Shown in pieces: positions 18,990-29,050 of a stretch of DNA of 64,000 bases; position 1 is the stretch's first letter, and the number at the start of each line of letters is the position of its first letter. Made by a program: the position numbers and the translations under genes. Below the pieces are notes generated by a model. The model searched no databases. It was not told where the DNA came from and saw only the letters and a list, made by a program, of their open reading frames with translations. Source of the DNA: Candidatus Latescibacterota bacterium. Lineage in GTDB: Bacteria; Latescibacterota; UBA2968; UBA8231. The stretch is from contig CBDFJF010000001.1 in assembly GCA_965248265.1 (NCBI GenBank), positions 2,816,001 to 2,880,000 on the forward strand. Reading direction: 5' to 3'.

Positions 18990-20054
18990 GTGAAAGAGTT
19001 ACGGTGTGTGCTGGTTGGGATCGGCGGTGTCGGCAAGGTCATCCTCCGACATCTTATCGGCCAACCCTGGTTTCGCCCGGTCGCCCTCGTCGATGTTAAT
19101 CCTCTGGCTCTGACGGACGGTCGCGCGTTAATCGCGCCCAATGTCCCAGGCGAGTTTTCCGACCTTGGCGAAGCCCTCACATCCATCGACGCCGATGCCG
19201 TCCTCATCAATACGCCGTCCGAGTTGCACTACGAGCAGTCACTTGCCGCCATCGGCGCCGGGATCCATGTCTGTGTGGCCAAACCCGTTACCAACGACTT
19301 CGCCCAGGCACAGGATTTGGTTAGCCGGGCCGACGCCGCTGGGGTAACCCTTTCGGTCAAACAGCAGATGCGTCACAACCGCCACTACCAGACGGTGGCC
19401 TCTTTCCTGCGGGGCGGGGAAATCGGACAACCGGAGGTTATCGCCTTCAGCAATTCCAAGCCCCGGCATGAACCCTACAACCTGGCAACGGTATCACAGC
19501 CGGCGTTGTTCGAAATGTCCTGTCACCACTTCGACACCCTGATGGCCATGTTCCCCGATCACGCGCCAGTGCGAATCAGCTGCGATGGGTTTCGACCGTC
19601 GTGGTCCGTCTACGGCGGGCCCTGCATGGTGAATGCGCTGATCGAACTGAAGGGTGGAGTGCACGTTCTCTATCACGGAGGCTTCTCATCCCAGAGCAAC
19701 TGGTACGAATTGCGGGTAGAGGGAACGCTGGGTGTGTTGCGCTGCCGCGGCCTGCACATGAGCAAGGACACGATGGAGTACGAGGTGGCGCCTCGCGGGG
19801 GCGAATTCGAGCTTCGTGATCTCGACAAGGGGCGCGAACCCGTCTATGCGTTCGGACCGTTCTTCGATCTCTGGGCCGCCTACGTCAACGGTGGACCGGA
19901 ACCGCCCTGGTCAGGCCGCAACAACCTCAAGGTCTTCGGGCTACTCAGTGCTGCCATTGATTCGATCGAATCAGGCGGCGCGCCAGTGAGTGTTGCCCGC
20001 GATGGTCCCTACGCGGAGGCATATCGAACACCAGGGGAATGGTCGGTAGGCTGA
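18990..20054 (+). CDS. Gfo/Idh/MocA family oxidoreductase
   Basis: GIGGVG Rossmann motif, INTPSELH, HVCVAKP, EMSCHHFD; RBS GGAGG. Confidence 0.85.
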   Translation: MKELRCVLVGIGGVGKVILRHLIGQPWFRPVALVDVNPLALTDGRALIAPNVPGEFSDLGEALTSIDADAVLINTPSELHYEQSLAAIGAGIHVCVAKPVTNDFAQAQDLVSRADAAGVTLSVKQQMRHNRHYQTVASFLRGGEIGQPEVIAFSNSKPRHEPYNLATVSQPALFEMSCHHFDTLMAMFPDHAPVRISCDGFRPSWSVYGGPCMVNALIELKGGVHVLYHGGFSSQSNWYELRVEGTLGVLRCRGLHMSKDTMEYEVAPRGGEFELRDLDKGREPVYAFGPFFDLWAAYVNGGPEPPWSGRNNLKVFGLLSAAIDSIESGGAPVSVARDGPYAEAYRTPGEWSVG

Positions 20055-20074
20055 AGAGACAGTGGCTTGATCAC

Positions 20075-20282
20075 TCACGGATCGACGTCCTTGGTTGTGC
20101 GGTACAACCGAATCGTGACGTCCTCGAGTGTGGCCAACTTCGAGACCGCGGATCACGGTCGCACCCGCCAGACCGCAGTCGCGGGCCTTGTTGACGAGCC
20201 ACTCGAAAAGAGGTCCCCCCTCGAACTGGTCGCTTTCACCGATGAAGATGCGCAACAACTGGCCTTCTTGAAGCACCATCAT
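20075..20282 (-). pseudogene. DUF190 (PII-like, crcB-associated) gene with internal deletion and frameshift
   Basis: N-terminal LLRIFIGESD..EGGPLFEWLV..AR..GLAGATVIRGLE joins out of frame, near 20138, to the family-like C-terminus LATLEDVTIRLYR...* (TGA 20075). The central segment is missing. Confidence 0.75.
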
Positions 20283-20291
20283 GACGTCACC

Positions 20292-20681
20292 TTATAGCGA
20301 TTTGGTCAAGCCGTAGCCGAGCCACACGAGGACGACACCGGCGACGACCTGGATGGCGATGTTGGCCAACGAAGCCAGCAACTCACCCTCTCTGGCAAGG
20401 GTGACGGATTCATATCCAAAGGTCGAGAACGTGGTGAAACCGCCGAGCAGCCCGACCAGAAGAAACATCCTGACTTCTGGTGTGAACAACTGGCGCATCT
20501 CGACGAGACCGCCGCCGACTCCGATGGCGAAGCAGCCGACGAGATTCACCACCATGGTTCCGTAGGGAAACGTACTGTTCTGCAGTACCTGATGCACGGC
20601 CCCGCCCAGCAGGAAACGGCAGATAGAACCGATGAAGCCCCCCAGACCGATCCACAGCAGGGTGGATAACTGCAGGTTCAC
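20292..20681 (-). CDS. crcB: Fluoride efflux channel Fluc/CrcB
   Basis: IGLGGFIGSICRF, FPYGTMVVNLVGCF, GLLGGFTTFSTF. GTG start at 20681 inferred. Confidence 0.95.
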   Translation of the reverse strand: MNLQLSTLLWIGLGGFIGSICRFLLGGAVHQVLQNSTFPYGTMVVNLVGCFAIGVGGGLVEMRQLFTPEVRMFLLVGLLGGFTTFSTFGYESVTLAREGELLASLANIAIQVVAGVVLVWLGYGLTKSL

Positions 20682-20721
20682 GACAGCACGCGCGAAGACA
20701 GGTGTTGAACGAAGTGCCCAC

Positions 20722-21318
20722 TCATGAGGCGACCTGCCGAATGGCACTCGCAACAGCCCGCCCCAAAGCGGCGCTACCCTCATCGGTAAAGTGGACCCCG
20801 TCCTCCTTCAATAGCTGTCCGGGGCCGTTATCGACCACAACCTTGTGAAGATCGTTGATGATAACCCCGTGCTGAGTGGCCACCTCGGTGGCTACCTCAT
20901 TGTAGGCGGCGACATTCTCGTTGGTCCGGTGTATGCCTTTACCCGATTCATGCTGTCGTTGCAGATCGACCGGTGTGGTGAGACCAAAGACAATCTGCGC
21001 CTGTGTTGTGGATGCGATCCTCTTCAGGATTCTGTCCAGGTTCGCGCGGTACTCCCCGATCGGCACCCGGCACTCTCCCGTGGGCGGCATTCCGGGATCG
21101 GGACTGGGATCCTGCGCCATGTCGTGCAAGCCGGCATTGATGTGGACGACATCGAGATCGTCGCTGAGCCATTCGTCGAGGTGCTCGAGAATGACGCGGG
21201 TGTTGCCGCACTGACGGTCTCCCAGCGCCACCACTTCGGCCCAGCCATCGAGCTCCTCCACGACAGTCGGTTCGTAGCCCATGCGAATGGAATCACCGAC
21301 ACAGATAACTTTTTTCAT
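20722..21318 (-). CDS. SGNH/GDSL hydrolase
   Basis: GDSIRMGY, INAGLHD, DGVHF. Confidence 0.9.
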   Translation of the reverse strand: MKKVICVGDSIRMGYEPTVVEELDGWAEVVALGDRQCGNTRVILEHLDEWLSDDLDVVHINAGLHDMAQDPSPDPGMPPTGECRVPIGEYRANLDRILKRIASTTQAQIVFGLTTPVDLQRQHESGKGIHRTNENVAAYNEVATEVATQHGVIINDLHKVVVDNGPGQLLKEDGVHFTDEGSAALGRAVASAIRQVAS

Positions 21319-22832
21319 TCGACCAGCATCATCTTGCGCGTGAGCTCGACACCGTTCGCGCGTAGGCGGTAAAGGTACACTCCCGTTCCTACCCGGCGCC
21401 CATCCTCATCATCGCCTTCCCACAATGCGGATTGACTCCCCGACCGAACATCGTCCGCTAGCAACGACCTCACCCGGCGCCCCAGCAGATCGAATACCTC
21501 CAGCTCTACGGGTCCCTGCACCCCAGGCACCGAAAAAACGATCGTCGTCGACGGATTGAATGGGTTGGGGAAGTTCTGTTGTAGTTCAATCTCCGTGGGT
21601 AGCGGCTGCTCGGCCATTTCGATATTCGTCGGCGTATCATTCGTCGGCATTTCGCCAGGCAGCAGTTCAAAGACATAGATCGGACCGTCGAGACCTACGA
21701 CGTACAACTCGCCGCTTTCATCCTCGCCGAAGCTGGCGATACTGCACGAGCAGGTTGCGATCTGGGTTTGACCCTGCGCTTCACCCTCGATGTAGCGGAA
21801 ACCCCAGATCCTGCGTGAGACGAAGTCACCATAGACGTAGACGCCATGGAGCTCTCCCAGCGTCAGGCCGCGGTAGACGTAGCCTCCTGTCACGGAGGTA
21901 CCCTCATCACGTCCGTAATCGACGACGGGAAGAGCCAGACCGTCCTGATCACAGTTTGTCGATGGGGAAAAACAGCTGAATCCCTCCATGATGTTCCAGC
22001 CGTAGTTACCTCCCCTTTCGATCAAGTCGATCTCTTCCAACCGATTCTGGCCCACGTCCCCTGTCCACAGCTGACCGTTGGCGCGATCGAAGCTGAAGCG
22101 CCAGGGGTTGCGCAATCCGTATGCCCAGATCTCCTCTCTCCAGTCGTCGTCATTGCCCACAAAGGGATTATCGGAGGGGATGCCATAGGCCAGGTCATCC
22201 GTGCGCTCGTCGACATCGATACGCAGAATAGCCGCCAACCAGGTGGCAGGAGTCTGTCCATTGCCGAACCTGTCATTGGCCGCCCCGCCGTCGCCCAGAC
22301 CGATGTAGAGCATGCCGTCAGGACCGAAACTGACCTGGCCTCCGTTGTGGTTCGAGGCCGGCTGCGGCACTTCCCACAATACCCGTTCACTGTCCGCATC
22401 GACCACGTCTGGGTCTCCAGATACCAGGAACTCGGACACGCGCGAGATCAGATTTCCGTGAGTGTAATAGACGTACAGCCGGCGGTTGGTCGCATACTCG
22501 GGATGGAAGGCCAACCCGAGCAGGCCACCCTCCGAAACCGTGTTGACGACGGCCGACAAATCCAGAAAGACAGAGGCGATCACGTCATCCTGGTTCGGCA
22601 TGACCTTGATTCGCCCACCCTTCTCGACGATGAAGATGCGATCACTGCCGTCGCCGGCGTGGGTCAGGAACAGAGGTTGCGAAAAGCTGTTAGCCGCGAA
22701 CACCTGTTTCAGCTCGCGCGAGGCGAGCTCCAGCTCACTTGACTCCAGGTCCTGAGCGCTGGCGGGAATACTCCATGACGACAACAGCAGGAAAGCCACT
22801 ACCCTTTGAAGCGCGACATGCACTATGGCCAT
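21315..22832 (-). CDS. Secreted PQQ-dependent sugar dehydrogenase (GSDH family) with FlgD-Ig/T9SS-type C-terminal domain
   Basis: EGGLLGLAFHP, NHNGGQVSFGPDGMLYIGLGDGG, YGLRNPWRFSFD, GGNYGW; CTD QNFPNPFNPSTTI...VFDLLGRRVR...GVYLYRL...RKMMLVE. Confidence 0.9.
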   Translation of the reverse strand: MAIVHVALQRVVAFLLLSSWSIPASAQDLESSELELASRELKQVFAANSFSQPLFLTHAGDGSDRIFIVEKGGRIKVMPNQDDVIASVFLDLSAVVNTVSEGGLLGLAFHPEYATNRRLYVYYTHGNLISRVSEFLVSGDPDVVDADSERVLWEVPQPASNHNGGQVSFGPDGMLYIGLGDGGAANDRFGNGQTPATWLAAILRIDVDERTDDLAYGIPSDNPFVGNDDDWREEIWAYGLRNPWRFSFDRANGQLWTGDVGQNRLEEIDLIERGGNYGWNIMEGFSCFSPSTNCDQDGLALPVVDYGRDEGTSVTGGYVYRGLTLGELHGVYVYGDFVSRRIWGFRYIEGEAQGQTQIATCSCSIASFGEDESGELYVVGLDGPIYVFELLPGEMPTNDTPTNIEMAEQPLPTEIELQQNFPNPFNPSTTIVFSVPGVQGPVELEVFDLLGRRVRSLLADDVRSGSQSALWEGDDEDGRRVGTGVYLYRLRANGVELTRKMMLVE

Positions 22833-22847
22833 GATTGCCTCGTCCCT

Positions 22848-23114
22848 TCAGGCGAACCGTTTCGCTGACCGGGCTTTCGCTTTGGCAGCCTCGACCTCTC
22901 GATCCAGGCTGGGACGATCCGTCACCAGATTGCTCAGCAGCGTCGTGACCGAGCCAGACACCTCTTCGACGGCCAGATCGAATGCGGCGGCATTCGCCTT
23001 CGATGGTCGCCTGTAGCCGCTGACTTTTCTCACGAACTGCAAACTCGCGGCCTGAATCTCATCCAGCGTCGCCGGTGGCTCGAAGTTGAACAGTATCTTG
23101 ATGTTCCTACACAT
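22848..23114 (-). CDS. DUF2277 family protein
   Basis: MCRNIKILFNFEPPAT..EI.AASLQFVRKVSG signature; RBS GAGGGAGG. Confidence 0.9.
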   Translation of the reverse strand: MCRNIKILFNFEPPATLDEIQAASLQFVRKVSGYRRPSKANAAAFDLAVEEVSGSVTTLLSNLVTDRPSLDREVEAAKAKARSAKRFA

Positions 23115-23198
23115 TGTACTTCCTCCCTCGCTTTCGAATGCATCCCCCCACGGCAGGGCAATAGATTTCCGGGTGCCGTCGATCAGCCGCCATAGCGC

Positions 23199-24089
23199 TC
23201 ATCCTGTTTTTCGCTCTTCCTCTCGTCGCGTATGGTGTGCTTGATAGACCTCGGGTTCCACGTACTTGTAGGCCGCCTTCGCGTTCATCCACCAGTACTT
23301 CTCGAGCGCCGCTTCGCCTTTGGGTTCGAAGAAGCTGCGAACGATCGCCAGCACGGTGTCGTGGTCCGAGTTCATGTCGCAAACTGGCCAGTTGCTACCG
23401 AAGATGAGACGGTCCTCGCCGAAGGCATCCCACAGAACGTTCAGTACGGGTAGATAGTAGTCGAGCTCGGCCGGCGCCGGCGTGATCTGGCTGTATTCAA
23501 CCAGACCCGAAACCTTGCAGAAAATCTGCGGCACTTCGCCGACGGCCTGTATGTAGTCGACCCAGGCGGGGTTCGGCTCCTCGCCGTCGATGCTGGGCTC
23601 ACCGCAGTGGTTGAGCACCCAGCGCAACTCGGGGACGCGACGTGCGAGGGAACACACATCGCCGGGGCGATCCGTCGTCCCGCAGATGTCCACCTGCAGG
23701 TTGTGCTCGGCCATCTTTTCCACGCGCTGCAAGGCACGGCCATCTGCATCGTCGACGAATTCAGCGCCGGCACGAATGCCGCGGTAATACGGATTCGCGG
23801 CCAGGCGGTCGACGTTGTCGCAGAAGTCGTCGTCAGAGCCTATGTGACCGACGACACCGAGTATCCAGGGATCTTCCGGATTCACCAGGTCCAGGACCCA
23901 TTGGTTGTCATCCGGCCAGACGCTGGCTGCCGTTACTACTGTGCCGACTACTCCAGTTGGCGCTGCGACTTCGCGATGATGCACAGGCAATACGGTCCGG
24001 TAGATGAGATCGTCTTCTTTGCCGGGCCAGGGTACACCCTGCGGCCGGAAGGGATCGTAGAAGTGGGTGTGCGTGTCGATGATCTTCAT
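23199..24089 (-). CDS. Amidohydrolase_2 family (sugar lactonase-like)
   Basis: IIDTHTHF, LNHCGEP, CKVSGL, FGEDRLIFGSNWPV. Confidence 0.88.
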   Translation of the reverse strand: MKIIDTHTHFYDPFRPQGVPWPGKEDDLIYRTVLPVHHREVAAPTGVVGTVVTAASVWPDDNQWVLDLVNPEDPWILGVVGHIGSDDDFCDNVDRLAANPYYRGIRAGAEFVDDADGRALQRVEKMAEHNLQVDICGTTDRPGDVCSLARRVPELRWVLNHCGEPSIDGEEPNPAWVDYIQAVGEVPQIFCKVSGLVEYSQITPAPAELDYYLPVLNVLWDAFGEDRLIFGSNWPVCDMNSDHDTVLAIVRSFFEPKGEAALEKYWWMNAKAAYKYVEPEVYQAHHTRREEERKTG

Positions 24090-24102
24090 GTCGTGCTCGA
24101 GT

Positions 24103-24537
24103 TCAGGTCATACAGCATTTCTTGAACTTTCGGCCACTGCCGCACGGACAGGGTTCGTTGCGACCGATTGCCGCCACCGGTTTGCGGATCGTCTCCCCGC
24201 GGAAGGTGCCATCGGCACGAAAGCCCTTTTCGTAGCGTTTTGCTGCATGCTCGACGGCACGCAACCATTGGGGCGCAGCGGCATAATGAGCCGCTTCATC
24301 GAGATAACTCAGGTAAGCCGTCAGTAGCCTCGGGAAACCGCGCCGCTGTTCAACGGGTAGGTCCACCTGGGCCACGGTCTTGAGGGCGCCATCCACCGAG
24401 GCCGGTGAGGCATCGTCGCCGGCCGCTTCGCACCACAACGACAGCAATGACTCGGCGGTCTCCTTCGACTCGGCATCCAGGAGCAGGAAATGCTCGGATC
24501 CGACGTACGCGGGAATCAGGTCGGAGAGTTCGCTCAT
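24103..24537 (-). CDS. SEC-C motif-containing protein
   Basis: C-terminal IGRNEPCPCGSGRKFKKCC. Start uncertain (ATG 24537 or further upstream). Confidence 0.8.
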   Translation of the reverse strand: MSELSDLIPAYVGSEHFLLLDAESKETAESLLSLWCEAAGDDASPASVDGALKTVAQVDLPVEQRRGFPRLLTAYLSYLDEAAHYAAAPQWLRAVEHAAKRYEKGFRADGTFRGETIRKPVAAIGRNEPCPCGSGRKFKKCCMT

Positions 24538-24682
24538 CTTCGGAAATGGCCTCACAGCCTGTTGAAGGCGACGATCGCAGTGGATCAACTCTCGAATATC
24601 AGGCGAGATTCTCACCGGGACAATCGAAGGGGGAAGCGGGAACAGCTTGACACTGCCACGCCTGAATGATATTGAGTATCAC

Positions 24683-27600
24683 ATGACTCAAACATTGGTA
24701 AGACTGGCCTTCCAGCTCGCTCCGGAACGTCACCAGCAACTCGAGTCGCTGTTGCGGGAGCATGGCCTTCCGCTGCTGGCACAACATGGCTTTGGGGCGG
24801 TAACCGAATTGGGACGGCCCACCGTACCGGATGTGTGCTCGACCCTGTTCGCCATCGGTCAGGTATCCGAACTCACTGATCGGCGAGAGGCCCTGCGCAA
24901 CGATGAGGCCTGGCGTCAACTGCTGCAGGACTGGGGCGGCCGCTTCGACCGCGCCGGATCCGATGGCATGATGGAGTACCGTATCGAGCTGTACTCGGCT
25001 CCCGCCGGCCTGGGAACGACCCAGCCGACCCGTGAAACCGGCAACTGGCGGACCTACGACGCCACCGACGGTCTGGGCAGCGGTTTCGTGTGGGACGTGT
25101 TCCAGGACCGGGACGGCTACATCTGGTGTACCTGTTATGGAGGGGGGGTAGCGCGTTTCGACGGACACGCCTTTCAGAAATTCACCACCAAGGAGGGACT
25201 CGCCCACAACGAAGTCGCCTGTGGCTTCGAGGCGGCGGACGGGCGCTTGTGGTTCGGCACCGAAGATGGCATCAGTGTGTTCGATGGCGAGCGCTTTGAA
25301 TCCATGACTACCGAACAGGGGCTGCCCCACAATGAAGTCGCTGACATCTTCCAGGACGCGGCCGGCGACATCTGGCTGTGTACGGAAAACGGCGTCAGCC
25401 GCTACGATGGTACGAACTTTCACAACCTCGACAGCAGTGACGGGTTAGTGGACAACCATGTTTCCTGCGGGCTGCAGGACCGAAACGGCCATTACTGGTT
25501 CGGCACCGAAGGAGGTCTGAGCCGCTACAACGGCAGCATCTTCACCGCTTACACCCGCCGCGAGGACCTTCCCGACAACTGGATTCGCTCTGTGTTCGAG
25601 GACCGGGAAGGCGTCATCTGGGTCGGCACCCATGAAGGCGGAGTATGCCGCTTCGACGGTGACCGCTTTGCCGTGCTGACAGAGAACGATGGCCTGCCGC
25701 ACAACGGCGTTCTCGGCATCATGCAGGACACTGCTGGCGACTACTGGTTCTGCACCTTCAGAGGCATCGCCCGTTATGATGGGCAACACTTCACTGCCAC
25801 CTTCGCTGAAGCGGACGGTCTCGCCAACAACCGTACCTGGTCAGCCATGCAGGATCGCGAAGGCCAGTACTGGTTCGGCACCCTCAGCGGCGTCAGCTGT
25901 TACGACGGCAACACCTTCGCCAGTTTCAGGACCCAGGATCCATCCAAGGAGAACAGCGTCCTCGCCATCGTCCAGGATCGCCAGGGTGACATGTGGTTCG
26001 GCCCCTGGGGAGGCGGCATCACCCGGTACGACGGCGACACCTTCACGACTTTCACCTCGGAGGATGGCCTGACGGAAGACGTCATCTTCTCCGCCATTGA
26101 GGACGACAAGGGCCGCCTGTGGTTCGGCACCTGGGACAGTGGCGCGGCCTGTTACGACGGCGACACCTTCCAGTACTTCACCACCAGTGACGGTCTCATC
26201 AACAATCGCGTTTGGAGCATGCTAGCTGACCGCAAGGGCAACGTCTGGTTCTGCACCGCCCCACAGGCGGCAGGATCCAGGGGCGGCGTCACCCGCTTCG
26301 ACGGCGAATCCTTCCGCTCCTTCACGACTGAGGAAGGACTGGCACACGATCGCGTTCGTCGGGTGATCGAGGACCGGGAAGGCACCATCTGGTTTGCCAC
26401 CTTCTCAGGCCTGAACCGCTACGACGGCACTTCGATCACGACCGTCGATGGGGATCGTGGTGTGCCCAGCGACAGCATTTGGGCGCTTGTGGAGGATAGT
26501 CAGGGCGGTCTGTGGCTGGGAACCAGCGGCGGCGGCGCTTGTCGTTTCGACGGTGAATCGTGCGAATCGTTTACGACCGAACACGGACTCCCGTCAAACG
26601 ATATCTGGACCATGTGTGAGGACCGGGAAGGCACCATCTGGGTCGGCACCAGCGGCGCCGGCGTCGGCCGCTTCGACGGTCGCATCATCCAGACTATGAA
26701 CGCTGCCGACGGTCTTGCCGGCAACATGGTCCAGTCTCTTTGCGCCTGTCACGGCGGCAACGTCTGGATCGGTACCAATGGCGGCCTGACGCGCTACCGT
26801 CCACCGGCGGCCTTTCCGCCGCCCGTCTTCATCGACGCCATCGTCGCCGGACGGCGCTATGAATCCGAGACCCAGATCGAGATCGAATCCAGTGTCGGGC
26901 TGGTGGCCTTCGAGTTTCACGGCATGAGTTTCAAGACCATGCCAGAATCACTCCTCTACCGCTGTCGACTCAGCGGATTCGACGGCGATTGGCGCCCGGT
27001 CCGTGACGGTCGGATCGAGTACCAGGACCTGCCACCGGGGGACTACACCTTCGAAGTGGCAGCCGTAGATCGCGATCTGGTTTATTCAGAGCAAATCGCA
27101 ACGCGTTCCTTGACGGTGACTGCGGACACCCGCGACGAGCAGATCGACGAGCTCGAGCAACGGGTTCGCGAGCGCACGCGAGCGCTCGAAGACAGCCAGA
27201 CGCAGTTGGTGCAGTCGGAGAAAATGGCCGCCCTCGGCAACCTCGTCGCCGGCATCGCCCATGAGATCAACAATCCGGTAGGCGCCATGAGCAGTGCTGC
27301 CGACATCGTAGGTCGAGGCCTCGAGCGTCTGCGCGAACTGTTGGATGAGGGCTCGGGGGAGGACCCCCAGATCAGCAAGGTCCTTGCTCTGTTGGAAGGC
27401 AACAACCAAAACGTCATCATCGCTGGGAATCGAGTCGCCGAGGTTGTGCGCAGCCTCAAAAACTTCGCCCGTTTGGATGAGGCGCCGTTCCAGAAGGCTG
27501 ACCTGCGAGACGGTCTCGACAGCACCCTGACTCTACTCAAGCGGGACATGGGCGTACGAATCTCCGTCGAGCGCAAATTCGGCGACATCCCGCAGATCAT

Positions 27601-27946
27601 GTGCTATGCCAGCGAACTCAACCAGGTGTTCATGAACCTGCTCGCCAACGCGGTTCAAAACACGGTCGGTGAGGGTACGGTGACGGTCGAAACCTTCGCC
27701 CGTGATGCCCACGTGTTCGTCCGCATCAGCGACACCGGCAAGGGCATTCCGTTGCAGAACCTGAAGCGGATCTTCGACCCGGGGTTCACGACCCATGGGG
27801 TCGGCGTCGGAGTAGGTCTGGGGCTATCGACGAGTTACAACATCGTGCGCAAGCACGGCGGTACCATCGAGGTCGAGAGCGAGGTCGGCAAAGGATCGAC
27901 GTTCACGATTCGTCTGCCCGAGCGCGCTTCCAGTCCCCAGACGTAA
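24683..27946 (+). CDS. Sensor histidine kinase with 14 Reg_prop beta-propeller blades + Y_Y_Y + HisKA + HATPase, apparently soluble
   Basis: 14 repeats of D..G.(I/L/Y)W.GT..G..R(Y/F)DG..F..FT..DGL; Y_Y_Y (YRCRLSGFDGDW...YQDLPPGDYTFEV.AVDRDL); EKMAALGNLVAGIAHEINNP; NQVFMNLL.NA; DTGKGI; GLGL. Confidence 0.92.
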   Translation: MTQTLVRLAFQLAPERHQQLESLLREHGLPLLAQHGFGAVTELGRPTVPDVCSTLFAIGQVSELTDRREALRNDEAWRQLLQDWGGRFDRAGSDGMMEYRIELYSAPAGLGTTQPTRETGNWRTYDATDGLGSGFVWDVFQDRDGYIWCTCYGGGVARFDGHAFQKFTTKEGLAHNEVACGFEAADGRLWFGTEDGISVFDGERFESMTTEQGLPHNEVADIFQDAAGDIWLCTENGVSRYDGTNFHNLDSSDGLVDNHVSCGLQDRNGHYWFGTEGGLSRYNGSIFTAYTRREDLPDNWIRSVFEDREGVIWVGTHEGGVCRFDGDRFAVLTENDGLPHNGVLGIMQDTAGDYWFCTFRGIARYDGQHFTATFAEADGLANNRTWSAMQDREGQYWFGTLSGVSCYDGNTFASFRTQDPSKENSVLAIVQDRQGDMWFGPWGGGITRYDGDTFTTFTSEDGLTEDVIFSAIEDDKGRLWFGTWDSGAACYDGDTFQYFTTSDGLINNRVWSMLADRKGNVWFCTAPQAAGSRGGVTRFDGESFRSFTTEEGLAHDRVRRVIEDREGTIWFATFSGLNRYDGTSITTVDGDRGVPSDSIWALVEDSQGGLWLGTSGGGACRFDGESCESFTTEHGLPSNDIWTMCEDREGTIWVGTSGAGVGRFDGRIIQTMNAADGLAGNMVQSLCACHGGNVWIGTNGGLTRYRPPAAFPPPVFIDAIVAGRRYESETQIEIESSVGLVAFEFHGMSFKTMPESLLYRCRLSGFDGDWRPVRDGRIEYQDLPPGDYTFEVAAVDRDLVYSEQIATRSLTVTADTRDEQIDELEQRVRERTRALEDSQTQLVQSEKMAALGNLVAGIAHEINNPVGAMSSAADIVGRGLERLRELLDEGSGEDPQISKVLALLEGNNQNVIIAGNRVAEVVRSLKNFARLDEAPFQKADLRDGLDSTLTLLKRDMGVRISVERKFGDIPQIMCYASELNQVFMNLLANAVQNTVGEGTVTVETFARDAHVFVRISDTGKGIPLQNLKRIFDPGFTTHGVGVGVGLGLSTSYNIVRKHGGTIEVESEVGKGSTFTIRLPERASSPQT

Positions 27947-27963
27947 CACGCGTCTTCGTTACC

Positions 27964-28512
27964 CTAGCACTCGCAGTCAGAGCAATCCCGGCGTGGCTCC
28001 CATTCTGCGGGCATGCCCTGTCGATCGAACTCGATGTGGCAACATGCCAGCAGCATCTGTTTCAACTGGGTTCGACCTCTCTGCACCCGTGACTTCGCTC
28101 CCGAAATGGAAAGGCCGAGCTGCTCGGCCGCCTCACGCTGAGACCTGCCCTCCAACTCGACAAGACGAACAGCATCCCCGTACTTGGCTGGCAGCCCTGC
28201 CATCATCTTTGAGGCGCAGGCACCCAACTCACTTTCGAACTCCTCGTCCCCGTCGATGGCCGGCATGGTCTCTTCGTCGAAGACTTCCACGGGGTTCTGA
28301 CGACCGCGATAGTGATCGCTGATGACATTGCGGGCGATCCGGAACACCCATGCCGTCAGCCGCTCCCGCTCACCCAGGCTGTCGATATGGCGGTGTATGC
28401 GCACGAACACATCCTGCAGCAGGTCCTCCGCCAGGTGCGGGTCGCTGACCCGCCGCAGGATGAAATGCCGCAACGCCGCACCGAGTTCTTCCCAGATTTG
28501 CTGCGTCGTCAC
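27964..28512 (-). CDS. sigZ: ECF RNA polymerase sigma factor, SigZ family
   Basis: AEDLLQDVF, WVFRIARN, LGLSISGAKSRVQRGR..LK..L.ACC.IEFD..G tail. Confidence 0.88.
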   Translation of the reverse strand: MTTQQIWEELGAALRHFILRRVSDPHLAEDLLQDVFVRIHRHIDSLGERERLTAWVFRIARNVISDHYRGRQNPVEVFDEETMPAIDGDEEFESELGACASKMMAGLPAKYGDAVRLVELEGRSQREAAEQLGLSISGAKSRVQRGRTQLKQMLLACCHIEFDRQGMPAEWEPRRDCSDCEC

Positions 28513-28530
28513 TTTGAGATCGATCCTTTC

Positions 28531-28998
28531 TCAGACTGTACAGCATTCGCTGGAGCAGCAGGCTTCTTCTTCGACGCTGTCACCCCGGTACTGCACCGCG
28601 TCATCCAGCGTAACGAATACCTCCCAGCCGTTACCGTCGGGGTCGGCGACCCAGACCTTGTCCTGGACAGCGTAGCAACACTCGGTCTCGTGTTCGATGC
28701 GAACATCTAGCTGTGCGTCGTGTAAACGGGCGGTCATACGTTCAACCTCATCCGTCGATTTCACCTGAATGCCGAAATGGGCCGGGAATGATGAACCGGT
28801 CGCCGTGGGATGTTGGTTCAAGGCCAGGTTCACGGAGGGTTCGATCGGTTCAAATTTCGCGTACGTCGGATGCTCCTTTGTCGGTGGTACGCCCAGCAAG
28901 GTCTGGTAGAATGAAACGGAAGCGGTCAGGTCTTTGACGGCAAGCGCCACATGAATCCGGTGTGTGCCCGCGAAGGATGCTGCTGATTGTTCGGACAT
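28531..28998 (-). CDS. ArsI/CadI family VOC metalloenzyme (putative C-As lyase) with Cys-rich tail
   Basis: IHVALAVKDL..SV.FY..L, YAKF, HFGIQV, ECCYAVQDKVWV.DPDGN.WEVF; tail ACCSSECC. Confidence 0.85.
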   Translation of the reverse strand: MSEQSAASFAGTHRIHVALAVKDLTASVSFYQTLLGVPPTKEHPTYAKFEPIEPSVNLALNQHPTATGSSFPAHFGIQVKSTDEVERMTARLHDAQLDVRIEHETECCYAVQDKVWVADPDGNGWEVFVTLDDAVQYRGDSVEEEACCSSECCTV

Positions 28999-29050
28999 GG
29001 GTCCATCTCCTCATCGTTGCAGTGCATTGCGATACAGCGTTCACCAATGC

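Noticed and set aside
20682-20760. Fluoride riboswitch upstream of crcB
   Set aside because: Only about 40 nt are intergenic and I see no GGCGATGG...CTGATG consensus.
25050-26800. Recurrent DNA repeats (e.g. GAGGACCGGGAAGGC, TACGACGGC) resembling an array
   Set aside because: They are degenerate, in-frame beta-propeller blade repeats, not CRISPR; no cas genes are present.
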